Below, one piece after another: positions 35,788 through 47,942 of a DNA stretch of 64,000 nucleotides. A program made the translations under genes and the position numbers. The notes under the pieces were generated by a model that saw only the letters and a list, made by a program, of their open reading frames with translations, did not search any database and was not told the origin of the DNA. The DNA is from Gekko japonicus. Its lineage: Eukaryota. The stretch is taken from contig NW_015165236.1 of the NCBI RefSeq assembly GCF_001447785.1, positions 1,181,998 through 1,245,997 of the forward strand, given 5' to 3'. Position 1 is the stretch's first letter, and every line of letters starts with the position of its first letter.

Positions 35788-36572
35788 GTGAGCCTCTCTC
35801 GCCCCCCCCCCAGGAGAGTTCCTCTGAGTGGTGGGAGTCAACAGAGGGTGTTCTGGCTAGGACGTGGCTGGTGGTGGACAGTTCAGCTGGGGGGGGGGAG
35901 GGTCGGATTGCTGGAACGGACTTTCCGAATCTGTTCAAACAACTTTCTGGTGCCGATATTGAAAATTCAGACTTTTTGGAGAGATGCATCTTGAAAAAGT
36001 TTTCAAAGGAAACTTAGATCTTGCCATCTCAAAGCTACACGGACTGAAACCACGAAGAAAAAAAGATTCAGGTGGGTCTGAAGCAGGAGAACCAAGTTTG
36101 AGTCCAGAGGCCCCTTTCAGACCCACAAAGCTTTACTCCGTGTGCCAGCTTTCGTGTGCATAAAACTTTGTTGGTCTCGAAGTTGCCACTGGACGCAAAT
36201 TTTCTTCTCATGAAGGAAAAAAATTCCCAGTTCCATTCCCGATGCTAAAAAGGCATTTAAAAACCCAAAACATGGAATCATAATTATTTTGGTTTTGGTT
36301 TCAACTCTTTTCCTTCCCACCCTTTTAATTCCTGCCAACGTATTGTCTGTCCGCCCTCCCACAGGTGTTATTTTGGTTGGTCTTCTGCCCACGTTCTCAG
36401 ACTTTGCCTTGATGATTTCTTCAGAGAGCGGCTCTCTTCCCTTTCACAATTGTAGCGGACCCAAGAGGCCCTCGTTCCGCTCAGCCGGCTAAATTCCATT
36501 TCGTGTTTGGCTGATGATTCGGTGCTCCAGATGCAAATCTAAGTCAGGTGGTCATTCTGGAGCCATGGTCAA

Positions 36573-36694
36573 CCCGAGATCGCCAAAACCTGATCTGGCT
36601 GAGCGGAATCAACAGAACTGTGGCTCTGAATTCCCGAGATCTCCAAAACCTGATCTGGCTGAGCGGAATCAACAGAACTGTGGCTCTGAATTCC
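36573..36694. repeat. 60-bp direct tandem duplication
   Basis: cccgagatc(g/t)ccaaaacctgatctggctgagcggaatcaacagaactgtggctctgaatt x2. Confidence 0.9.
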
Positions 36695-38147
36695 TCCGTA
36701 TTGACCCAGCCTGCCTGGAGGGTGCAGTTTCCCCAGAGGCCACTGGGTGTCCCCCCTCCTTCGGTTATTTATGCAGTATGCATGGCACTGTACAGATAGA
36801 CAGGTCCTTGCCCTGAGGAGCTTGCAATCAACCTTGAGAAAAGGGAGATTTACAGGGCAGTCCTGTTGGGAAGAAGAAGGAGGAGGAGGAGGAGATTGGA
36901 TTTATACCCCATGGTCCTTCACTACCCAAAGGGAGTCTCAGAGCGGCTTACAGTCTCCTTTCCCCTCCCCCTCCCCTCAACAGACACGCTGGGGGGTAGG
37001 TGGGGCTGGGAGAGCTCTTTCGAGAACTGCCCTTGAGAGAACAGCTCTGAGAGAACTTGTGACTGACCCAAGGTCACACAGCTCGCTGCACGTGGAGGAG
37101 TGGGGACTCAAACCCGGTTCTCCCAGATTAGAGGCTGCCACTCCTAACACTACGCCAAACTGGATTCGAGTCCAGTAGCCCCTTAGAGACCCACAACATT
37201 TTTGCGGTATGAGCTTTCGAGATTCAACGCTCCCTTCCTCAGAGGGAGAGAACAGCCAAGACAACAAAGAACAGGGACGGAGGAAGAAGTGGGGATAAAC
37301 AGGGGGAGATTCTCTGGAGTCTTCTGTGCACTTGCAAGATGCTAAATAACAAGGACAGAATGAGAGCAGGTGGCAGAGAACCCCTCGGGAGCTGGGGGCC
37401 TCTCCCCTGAGTGCCTTTCAGGAGTCTGAGGATCACAAGGCCAAACCAAAACACCCCGGGGGAGGAACAGGGACAGAGACAGGAACGTCAGCTTTTTTGT
37501 CTCTCTGTGCTTGGGGGTGGGGGTGGGATGGTTGGCTTTGAAGGCCCTGAAAACTGGGAAAGGGGAAACTTATTGGGCAGCTCCAGGTCCCGGTAAAGAC
37601 GGGAGATTCAGAGGATATCAAGTAACCTGGGTCATCCGCCCAAAAAAACTCCCACCCACAACAAGCGAGGATAAATAAAGCCGTGCAATATTTTGAGAGA
37701 GCATCATGGTCTTTAGCGGGGACAGCGTGAGCAAGAGGCTGCGTTGCAGGAGTCCCAGAGATGTCCTCTGTGTTCCTGACAGCCAGACGGCAGTCCGGGA
37801 TAATGTGAACATGTGTTGCTCTGCTGAAGGAGGCCTGTGTGGGCGGTGAGGGACCCTGACCCTCAGTTGGCTATCCCCCTTAAAAGCAGGGGGATCGGCA
37901 ACTAGCGGAACGCATCTGTGTGCCTCTGCAGTCCAATCACCATCCCCCAAGTGAACTTTTCTGTGGGGAGGCCAGCCCTCTTAGACACCGGGCCCTTCTG
38001 TTCCACTCTAAAAGCCCGTGGGAGCCTTTCGTGATATGGAAGCCACCTCTCCAATGATCTTCCTTCGGAAGGTATTAGCACAACTGTTTCCAGATGACAT
38101 GCATCGTATATATTTAAACTGGGACCAATGAGGATGGCGGCATGGGA

Positions 38148-38436
38148 CCAATCTCATCAAATCTCGGAAGCTAAGCAGGGTCAGTACTTGGAAGAGAGAC
38201 CACCAACGAAGGCTCTGCAGAGGAAGGCAAGGGCAAACTACCTCCTGCTGGGGTCTCCATAAGTCTCTTATCAGATCTCAGAAGTTAAGCAGGGTTGGTA
38301 CTTGGAAGGGAGACCACCAAGGAAGGCTCTGCAGAGAAAGGTGATGGCCAACCACCTCTGCTTTTCAGTTGCCTTGAAAGCCCCTTGCTGGGATCACCAT
38401 AACCCTAAGCTAAGCAGGATTGGTACTTGGAGGGGA
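38148..38436 (+). mobile_element. Three tandem 5S rRNA-derived SINE heads
   Basis: atctcggaagctaagcagggtc...gtacttgga..gagaccacc (5S box A/C-like) at ~38148, ~38268 and ~38405. Confidence 0.75.
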
Positions 38437-39612
38437 TGTTGTACGCACAGTTTATGAAACACTTTATACTCTGCCACTGACTAACAGGTTTGACTTGGTG
38501 GGTGCACGTAGCCCTTCCATGGTGCATATGTTAAGTGCCATTTATGCTTCTAGCATCATGAATGTATTCAGGTATGAACCTTGGTTCATTTGTGACTGTT
38601 GTTTGGATGCATGCTGGGAAGGTAAAATGCTGAAAGAATAAAAGGTTAACTTGCTATTTTTGCTGAGACTTATGGCCTTGGCCCACCAGCTATAACTGTG
38701 CATGTCTCTGGCTAAACGAAGAACAATGGCACCTTGTAAACCATATCAGCTATATAGATACTTTTAGAATTTTACAGTCTAAGAGAAAGAAACACGTATT
38801 GTTCAGCTAAAAGAAAAAAACTTTACTTGGGAAAGCCCAGCCTAAAAGGTTTTCCGCCAATTAGAGGCCTGTTAGGTCAGAGTGCTGATGTTTGATGGAA
38901 CCTACCATCTTGTCCAATTTGTGTGCGTCATCCCGAGTATAAGATCCTATGTCACCCTTTGTAACACTCGAAGAGTCTGTTGGGTATTCAGGGGTTCCAA
39001 AGCCTTGAGTTTGGTGTAGTGGTGAAGTGCGCAGACTCTAATCTGGGAGAACCGGGTTCGATTCCCCACTCCTCCACTTGCACCTGGCTGGATGACCTTG
39101 GGCAAGCCCTAGTTCTGATAAGAGCTGTTCTTGAAAAAGAGCCGTTTCTCTCAAGAGCTCTCTCAGCCCCACCTACCTCACAGGGTGTCTGTTGTGGGGA
39201 GGGGAAGGGAAAGGAGTTTGTAAGCCGCTCTGAGACACCTTTGGGTAGTGAAGGGCCATNNNNNNNNNNNNNNNNNNNNNNNNNNNNNNNNNNNNNNNNN
39301 NNNNNNNNNNNNNNNNNNNNNNNNNNNNNNNNNNNNNNNNNNNNNNNNNNNNNNNNNNNNNNNNNNNNNNNNNNNNNNNNNNNNNNNNNNNNNNNNNNNN
39401 NNNNNNNNNNNNNNNNNNNNNNNNNNNNNNNNNNNTGGGTAGTGAAGGGCCATGGGGTATAAATCCAATCTCTTCTTCTTCTTCTTCTTCTTCTTCTTCT
39501 TCTTCTTCTTCTTCTTGAGATCTGTACTCCTCCTTTATTAATTAATCAATATTTCCTCTCTACAGAACTGCTGAGTGTGTTTCTCAAACTGGGCTGGGGG
39601 GAAACACTGCCA
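38437..39612 (+). mobile_element. Probable solo LTR inserted in a 5S SINE and itself interrupted by a SINE and a gap
   Basis: TG...CA ends with 4-bp TSD GGGA; the host SINE resumes after 39616. Confidence 0.5.
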
Positions 39613-40256
39613 GGGACACCAGCTGTAGGTGACCAAGGAAGGCTCTGCAGAGGAAGGCCATGGCCAACCACCTCTGCTTCTCACTTGCCTTGAAAGCCCC
39701 TCGCTGGGGTTGCCTTGACTCAGCTGTGACTTTACGGCACTTATAGGGTCGCCAGTTCCTTCCCCCCCCCCCGGTCACTGGCAGGGCATGGAGGGGGGCC
39801 TGCCAGATCTAGGTTGGGGAACCAACTCCTGGAGATTTGGGGATGGGGCCCGGGGGGGGGACAGGGACCACCTCAGTGGGGTACAAGGCCACAGAGAGTC
39901 CACCCTCCAAAGCATCCGTTTTCTCCAGGGGGAACCAATCTCTGTCGTCTGGGGCTGAGCTGTAATTCCAGGGGATCCCCAGGCCCCACCTGGAGGCTGG
40001 CGTCCCGAACACACAACAAGGTAGCGGGGGCAGGAGTCCCTTTATAAACTTTCTTGGTGCCAGGCATCTAACGTATCACAAGCCGCTTCACCGACTTCCA
40101 CGAAAGTCACTTCCCAATATAACCCCCCCCCGACTGAGAAATAATCATTAAAATATTTATTATCAGGAAGTAACCAAAGAAGTACATGAATCATGCTGGG
40201 TAACTTGCCAGAGTTAACACGCTCGTTATGTTGGGAGTACAAAGAATAGGTGTAAC

Positions 40257-40661
40257 CAGGGGTCATTTCGTAGAAAAAGAGGTGCAGGAGCTCATTAGCG
40301 TGACTCATTTGCATATGCCACACCCCCTGACAACGCTGGAGTTGTGTCAGAAGGCAACACCCACCGCTCAGGCTCCACTGGACTGTTTTGGATTGCTAGC
40401 TATTGGGGGGGGGGGGGGGGCGGGGAGAAGTACCTTGCAGAGAAGGGAGAGCCTGTACCTGAATAAAACTTGGTCTTAAAGGTGCCACTGGACTGCTTTG
40501 GACCAGGGGCCGAGGGGGGGCTCTGCAACTTACCTGGCTGCTTCTTGCTCTGACTGAGGGCTGCTGGGAGCAGGGGGTGGGGCTTGTTGCATGTGCCCGC
40601 CCCCTGGGCTCTTTACTGCCGGAGCTCCGCTCACGTGCGCTCCTGCAGGAAATGACCCCTG
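40257..40661 (+). mobile_element. Non-autonomous hAT element (family 2)
   Basis: TIR CAGGGGTCATTT; perfect TSD GGTGTAAC. Related copies at 43862-44274 (-) and 46765-47266. Confidence 0.85.
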
Positions 40662-40684
40662 GGTGTAACCTGACCCTAAACAGC

Positions 40685-40874
40685 TAGGGTTGCTGGGTCT
40701 GGGTTGGAAAATACCTGGAGACTTTGGGGGTGGAGCCAGGAGAGGGCGGAGCTTGGGGAGGGGAGGGGCGTCAGCAGGGTACAATGCCACGGAGTCCACC
40801 CTTCAGAGCAGCCATTTTCTCTCAGCTGCAAAAATGGGAGATCTCCAGGCCCCACCTGGAGGCTGGCAACCCTA
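40685..40874 (+). mobile_element. hAT (Blackjack-like TIR) MITE, representative of about 12 copies
   Basis: TAGGGTTGC...GGCAACCCTA; TSD TAAACAGC/TTAACAGC. Others near 31740, 34344, 34600, 39745, 47955, 54021, 54440, 55763 and 57165. Confidence 0.75.
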
Positions 40875-41728
40875 TTAACAGCCGGGGGATTGATCTGGAT
40901 GGGGGGGTGCAGTGCCGAGGATGGGGGTGGGCATGCTGTTCTCTGATCAAAACTGTCCCGACCCCCCCATCAAGGCTGCTTTTAACCCAAGTAGGGGGGA
41001 AACAGACAGACAGATTAGATTTTCTCTACTGAGTCTAAAAGCATTTTTTGGGGGGGGGGGGTTTGTTAGCAGTGTTCCCTCTAAGCTGAGTTAGTGTGAG
41101 CTAGCTCACAGTTTTTTAGCCTCCAGCTCACACATTGTTGTCTTCGCTCCGGAAGGAGGGGGCTCCAGAGCAAACTAATTTATGGAGTAGCCAAATGGCT
41201 CACTCAGAACTTTAATGCCAGGAGCTCACAAAGTAGAATTTTTGCCCACAAGACTCCACAGCTTAGAGGGAGCCTTGGTTGTTAGTCTGGGAAACAGGCT
41301 GGCTTGGCTGGGGTGGGGGGTAGGTTGTTGTTGTTGTTGAGCCAGAAAACATATCGGGAGTTCCAGTGAGGGAATTCTCACGTGACATTCAGATTGGCCC
41401 TAATTATACCCAAAACGGATGGCGGAAGACCAGAAGGCCTGGCGTGATCTGGTCCATGGGGTCGTGAAGAGTCAGGCTCGACTGTGCGACTGAACAACAA
41501 CATACCCAAAACCAAACAAGGACCCACGGTAAGTAGGAAAACCGACATACAACAAGTACTGTGCACAGATGATTATAGCATATCATAAATAGTTTTATAT
41601 ATTTTGAAAAATATTGTTACAATAATTTCTACATATATAATTATGTAGAAATTATATGTTATATGTTATAAGGAGACTTTAAGGAGTCCTCCCTTTTGAA
41701 ACTTTTATTTAACAGAGGAGGACTATTA

Positions 41729-42126
41729 TCTCTCCTTATATATAATTGAATAGTGGGTGCCAAAGTTCTAATTCTAAAATGCACTCCCTTAGTGTATGGC
41801 TGATGGCACTGCTCCTCAGCATATATCGCCACCAATCAGAAGGCAAAGCCCGGGTCCTGCCCACACCACAACTGCTGCAACAACCTGGTCTTTTGCATAT
41901 GGAAGCTGATTGGACTTCACTCCATTCCACACCTCAAACTCCCCCCCCCCCGCAAGGCAGTTGGAATGTCAGTTACATATGGAACCTGCTGTATTCTGGT
42001 GGTGTGCAGGTCCCAGGTTCATGTTTTAAAAGCAGACTGACACTGTTTGCCCAAAGCCAGAGCACTCTCCCAGAGCCTCTTTCTAGATCCCGTTGTATTT
42101 ATTTCCACAACGGGCCTTATTTCTAG
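41729..42126 (+). mobile_element. Non-autonomous Helitron-like element
   Basis: A|TC...CTAG|T, no TSD; subterminal hairpin CCCGTTGT/ACAACGGG 8 nt before the CTAG. Confidence 0.65.
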
Positions 42127-43148
42127 TTAATTATAAGGTTGTACAATAGCTTTTGAGATTCTTGGAGATGATATTTGATATTTTTGATATCTCTTATATT
42201 GTGAATTGTGATTAAGATGATTAATTATATATGAAGAAATTATTGTAAAAATATTTTTCAAAAAACATATATGCTATGTTATAATCATCTGTGCACGGTA
42301 CTTGTTGTATGTTGGTTTTCCTAATTATACCCAGGCACGATTTCCAGTTAACGCTATAAATAGTTCGAGTCCCGTTCAATAACAAACGTCTTCCTAAATA
42401 TAGTCGGGCTAACTTATGAGCTCCAACGAGGTTGGTGGAGAAACATAGCGCCCCCCCCCACTTTCCAAAGTTTGTATCATAGAACCATAGAATCTTAGAG
42501 TTGGAAGGGACCTTGCAGGTCATCTAGTCCAACCCCCCGCACTCTGCAGGAGCAGAGCCGAAAGAGAGCCCTGCAACATACCCGAAAGATGGTCGTCCAG
42601 CTATCCCATTGACAGTAAGTGACTGGGTTAAAATGCTCTTGCCTTCCTTTTCAGCCCCAAAATGGCCACACGATGGCCAAAGGATGTTACCAAGGATCTG
42701 GGGAATTCCCTCTTGAAATCGCACCTCGAGCATGAATGGTCTGGGTAGCCTAAAGCCGTTGGCACCCAAACGGAAGTGTTTTTTTGGGTCACATCGGACA
42801 CAGTACCATCTTCCTATCATCATCCAGTTTTCAGGTCTTCCCCTCTTCTGTTCCACTCTTTTTCCAAGCGAGTGAGCTCTGTAGGTCATGTGGAAGGAAC
42901 GGTGCCAGAATGCCGCCAAGGCAGGGCTCCAAAGGGGATTAGGCAGTTTCATGGAGGAGAGGTCTCTAAGTGGCTACGAGCCATGGTGACTGAAGGGAAC
43001 CTCCACATTCAGAGGCAGTCGACCTCTGAATCCCAGTGCCAGGGGGTGGCCTTGGCTTCTATGCCCTGTTGTTGGCCTTCCAGAGGAACTTCTTGGCCTC
43101 CGTGTGAGGAGATGCTGGAGTAGATGGACTCTCATTGGTCTGGTTCAA

Positions 43149-43697
43149 CAGGGCTCTTCTGAGGTTCTTCTCAGGGGAAGGCCTCGGCCTCCCTGCCCCA
43201 TTGTTGGCCCTCCAGAGGAACTGGCTGGCCACTGTGTGAGACGGGAGGCTGGGCTAGATGGACCCTCACTGGTCTGATCCAGCAGGGCTCTTCTGAGGTT
43301 CTTCTCAGGGGAAGGCCTCGGCCTCCCTGCCCCATTGTTGGCCCTCCAGAGGAACTGGCTGGCCACTGTGTGAGACGGGAGGCTGGGCTAGATGGACCCT
43401 CACTGGTCTGATCCAGCAGGGCTCTTCTGAGGTTCTTCTCAGGGGAAGGCCTCGGCCTCCCTGCCCCATTGTTGGCCCTCCAGAGGAACTGGCTGGCCAC
43501 TGTGTGAGACGGGAGGCTGGGCTAGATGGACCCTCACTGGTCTGATCCAGCAGGGCTCTTCTGAGGTTCTTCTCAGGGGAAGGCCTCGGCCTCCCTGCCC
43601 CATTGTTGGCCCTCCAGAGGAACTGGCTGGCCACTGTGTGAGACGGGAGGCTGGGCTAGATGGACCCTCACTGGTCTGATCCAGCAGGGCTCTTCTG
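43149..43697. repeat. 134-bp tandem repeat x4, derived from a CR1 3' end
   Basis: Units start at 43149, 43283, 43417 and 43551 and look identical. Confidence 0.92.
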
Positions 43698-44419
43698 GTG
43701 TTCTTATGATGCTTTTTGCTTCTAGGTCTTGGAGCGCTTTCCCAAGTGAATCAGGGCAGCCAAAGCCCATATCAGCCACAACAACTTGATTTCTCGATCC
43801 CCTCCTCCCCTTTACTCTCAGGTAGCCAGGAGGACTCCAAGGCACTTTGAGGTGTCACAAGCAGGGGTCATTTCCTGCAGGAGCGCACAGGAGCGGAGCT
43901 CCGGCAGTAAAGAGCCCAGGGGGCGGGCACATGCAACAAGCCCCGCCCCCTGCTCCCAGCAGCCCTCAGTCAGAGCAAGAAGCAGCCAGGTAAGCTGCAG
44001 AGCGGCCCCCCCCCCCCCCGCCCAAAACAGTCCAGTGGCACCTTTAAGACCAAGTTTTATTCAGGTACCAGCTCTCCCTCCTCTGCAAGGACAGATCTGC
44101 ACGTCCCCCCCCCCAATAGCTAGCAATCCAACACAGTCCAGTGGAGCCTGAGCGGTGGGTGTTGCCTCTGACACACTTCCGGTGATGTCAGGGGGTGTGG
44201 CATATGCAAATGAGTTGTGCTAATAAGCTATGCTAATGAGCTCCTGCACCTCTTTTTCTACAAAACGACCCCTGGCAAGTGAAAACAGGCTCTTATTCCA
44301 TTACCAGAGAGCAAGGGGCAGGCCGTGTGCAATGCCTCCTGACCAACGCCCGTCCCCACACCAAACGCCACCTGCAAGAGTTCGTTCGAGGCCTAACGTT
44401 GCCTTCCTTCCTTCCCCAG

Positions 44420-45233
44420 TTCCGCCGGTTCCAAGAAGTCACCCTGGTGCGCCTCCAGGAGATTGCGGCCAATTACAACGTGTCCTACAACGTCGATGCC
44501 AGCTTCAGGCGCCTGGAGTCGAAACACGAGGCCCTGGAGTCCGCCGCCAACGTGACGCACGGAGCCCTGCACGAGGAGCTGCGGGACCTGAAGAGCGGGG
44601 CGAAGAAGCTGCAGAACAAAACCAGGAAGGCGGCCTTGCGGGTGCAGGCCCTGGAGGACGCCTGGCAGGAGCGAGAGCGGCAGGGCGCGGCAGAGCGGGA
44701 GGCACAGGATGCCCTCCTGTCCAACCTGACCCGAGAACTCGCCAGGCGCCGGGAGGACACCCGAGCCCTGCAGGCCAGCCAGGGAAGCCAGCGGAAGGTG
44801 CTGGAAAGCTTGCAGGACGCCCTGAAGAACCAGGGAGCCAAGCTGGCCGAACTGGAGCAGCTGGTGAAGGCTCCCCCTGAGCACAACGAAGTCCTCTTGC
44901 CCAGCGCCCTGGCGGCCGCCCCCCTGCTGAACCGGAGCCCCGCGGAGAAGGAGCCGGAGGCGGCAGCCGGGCAGGGCCTGACCCTGAAGAAGCTGCGGGC
45001 CAAGCACCGGCAGAGGAAGAAGCTGCTGCAGCTGGAGCACCGCCGTCTGGAGGCCCGGGCTCAGAACGGATCGCTGCCAGGCCAGGAGCCATCCCCGCAG
45101 GAGGAGACGGAGGAGGAGGAGGCGCCCCCTCAGTCGGAGCCCCAAGGCCTCCGGCAGGAGAGGCCGGTCATGGACAAGGCCTCCGAAGAAGAAGAGCGGG
45201 AGGTGCCCCAAGTGTCTCGTCCCCCAGGAACAA
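44420..45233 (+). CDS. PTX4: Pentraxin-4 exon 2 (coiled-coil N-terminal domain)
   Basis: ttccccAG|FRRFQEVTLVRLQEIAANYNVSYNVD...RPPGT a|GTaggt; 814 nt, phase-compatible with exon 3. Confidence 0.9.
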
Positions 45234-46764
45234 GTAGGTCTAGCGGAACTGGGGCTCCCGAGGGCCAGGTGCTTCCCCTCGATCCTCCACTCCTCCACAT
45301 GCAGCTGCTGGTGTGACCTTGGGTCAGTCGCAAGTTCTCTCAGAGCTGTTCTCTCAGGAGCAGTCCTCGAGAGAGCTCTCTCGGCCCCCACCTGCCTCAC
45401 AGGGGGTGTCTGTTGTGCGGAGGGGGAAGGGGAAGGAGGCCGCAGTTGATTTCCCCCACTGTTAGTTTCGAGTCCAGTAACACCTTAGAGACCAACGAGA
45501 TTTCCAGGGTCTACAATTTCGGGAGTCCGGGCTCGGTCAGATGCGACGTTTCTAACGGAGGGAGCTTCGACTCTCAAAAACTTTTACCCCGAAACTCTTC
45601 CTGGTCTCTCAGGTTCTCCTGGGACCGAATGTAGCTTTTCTCCTGAAACTCTGTCACTGAAACATGGGCCCTTTCTGCCCCCGTACTTTGCCTCGGTTTC
45701 AGAGCGCATCCTACTCTTCCGTTCTGCATTCCCCCCCCCCCCCTTTCCTTCTTCACTCCCAGTTTGTGTCAGGGCTTTCTCTTGTTTCTGCATTCGTTTC
45801 ACTGGAATCTGCATTCAGACCGCTTCCTGCACACTGTCGCCCCGCAGCTAACCAAACTCCTTTTGCTGCGATTCTTCGTTCTCATTTGCTTTCAAATTGC
45901 TAATCCTCGCTAAAGTAGAATTGTTTCTGCGGGTATTTAAGTGCTGCCCGCTCCCCTCCCCTGTTTCCATCTCTCTCTCTTTAGGGTTGACGCCCCCTCC
46001 CCCTTCTGTTTTCCCTCCCTCCTCCTCCAAAGACAGAAGAGGGCGTGTCCTCCCGCTCAGGCAAACATTTAAAAAGCCAGAGAGAGCACAAGAACGAATC
46101 AGTAAATATAAAGGACCAGGGCTCCCAAATGCATCCGTCTTGCCTGTGTGGGCCTGGATTTCCCCCCTCCCTTCCCTTTCTTTTTGCAGAATCAGGGAGG
46201 GAGGGAGGGGTTGGCTCTGCAGCAATGTTCCCTCTAAGCTGTGGAGTCTTGTGAGCAAGAATCCTGCTTTGTGAGCTACTGGCATTAAAGTTGTGAGTGA
46301 GCGATTTGGCTACTGCATAAATTAGTTTGCTCTGGAGCCATCCTCCCTGAGCTAAGACAAAAAGGTGTGAGCCAAAGGCTAAAAAACTGTGAGCTGGCTC
46401 ACACTAACTCAGCTTAGAGGGAACACTGGTCTGCAGTTAAAAGTTTTGAAAGATGTCTGCCTTTCTCTTCATCTTAGTCAAAGCACCCAGTTAGCTCAAA
46501 AATATGCGGGTTTTGTGTATAGGTGCAGAATGCATACAGAATACACAAATAAATAAGCTGGAGGGGGGGGGAAACAGTGCAAAGGGAATGCGTGCAACTG
46601 CGAAGTCAACCCTTACGGCTCAATTCCTCAGATTCTCTAGAGCAAGCTGCCAGTGCAGAAATGCTTTACACTTGATGGGCTGAATGGGAAACCATGTGGA
46701 TGAGGGAGGTCTCTGGCTCCCAGTCCGGCCCTGTGACTCCTGCTCATCCAATGTGGGGCCTGAC

Positions 46765-47266
46765 CAGGGGTCATTTCGCAGAAAAAGAGGTGCAGGAGCT
46801 CATTAGCATAACTAATTAGCACAACTCATTTGCATATGCCACACCCCCTGACATCACCGGAAGTGTGTCAGAAGGCAACACTCACCGCTCAGGCTCCACT
46901 GGACTGTTTTGGATTGCTAGCTATTGGGGGGGGGGGGAAATGTGCAGATCTGTCCTCGCAGAGGAGGGAGAGCTTGAACCTGAATAAAACTTAAAGGTCT
47001 TAAAGGTGCCACTGGACTGTTTTGGATATGTGTAGCTTAGGGGCAGTGGGAAACGTGCAGATCTGCCCTCACAGAGGAGGGAGAGCTTGAACCTGAATAA
47101 AACTTAAAGGTCTTAAAGGTGTCACTGGACTGTTTTGGACTGCTAGCTATTGGGGGGGGGGACGTGCAGATCCGCCCTCACAGAGGAGGGAGAGCTTTGT
47201 ACCTGAATAAAGCTTGGTCTTAAAGGTGCCACTGGACTGTTTTGGACCGGGGGGGGGCGACCCCTG
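46765..47266 (+). mobile_element. hAT element (family 2) with an internal ~100-bp triplication
   Basis: Perfect TSD GGCCTGAC; ends 35 nt before PTX4 exon 3. Confidence 0.85.
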
Positions 47267-47301
47267 GGCCTGACCTCTCTCTCTCTCTTTGTCCCTGGCA
47301 G

Positions 47302-47942
47302 TCTGCAACGTGGGCACCATGCTGGTTTTCCCCAACGCTTCCACGGAGAACTTTGCCGCCTTCAGGCCGAGCTTCCACACCGCCCTGCTGGAACTCAGCC
47401 TCTGCAGCTGGGTGAGGACCAGCGCCCGCTACCTGGGCACGATCCTGTCCTACGCCACCGAGGACAACGACAACAAGCTGGTGCTGCACGGCCGGGACGC
47501 GGCACCCCGGAACGCCATCCACTTTGTCATCGGGGACCCGGCCTTCCGGGAGCTGCCGGTGGGGCGTTTCCTGGACGGCCGGTGGCACCACCTGTGCGTC
47601 ATCTGGTCCTCGATCCAGGGCCGGTACTGGTTCTACGTGGACAGGAGGCTGGCTTCCATGGGCTCCAGGTTCCAGAAGGGCTACGAGGTCCCCGCAGGAG
47701 GGTCCCTCGTCCTGGGCCAAGAGCAGGACACGCTCGGTGGGGGGTTTGAGCCCTCGGAGGCTTTCGTGGGGCACCTGGCGGGTTGGGCCATGTGGGACCG
47801 GGTGCTGTCGCCGGGGGAGGTCTCGGGCATCGCCACCGGGAACGGCCTCCCTCGGGGCCCGGTCCTCTCTCTGGCCAACGTCACAAAGCTCAGCGGGGCT
47901 GTGCAGAAGGTGACCTGCAGCTGCCTCGAACACTGCCCGTGA
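47302..47942 (+). CDS. PTX4: Pentraxin-4 exon 3 (pentraxin domain)
   Basis: ctggcAG|(I)CNVGTMLVFPNAS...LSYATEDNDNKLVLHG...WHHLCVIWSS...LVLGQEQD...CSCLEHCP*; pentraxin-like HxCxxWxS signature. Total CDS 1596 nt (531 aa + stop). Confidence 0.95.

Noticed and set aside
38148-38210. 5S rRNA gene
   Set aside because: Partial, internally deleted and fused to a non-5S tail; a SINE head.
43149-43697. CRISPR-like or retrozyme-like array
   Set aside because: No unique spacers and no hammerhead core in the unit; it is a CR1-derived tandem repeat in a eukaryote.
44393-45400. Long antisense and alternate-frame ORFs over PTX4 exon 2
   Set aside because: Shadow ORFs of a GC-rich coding exon.
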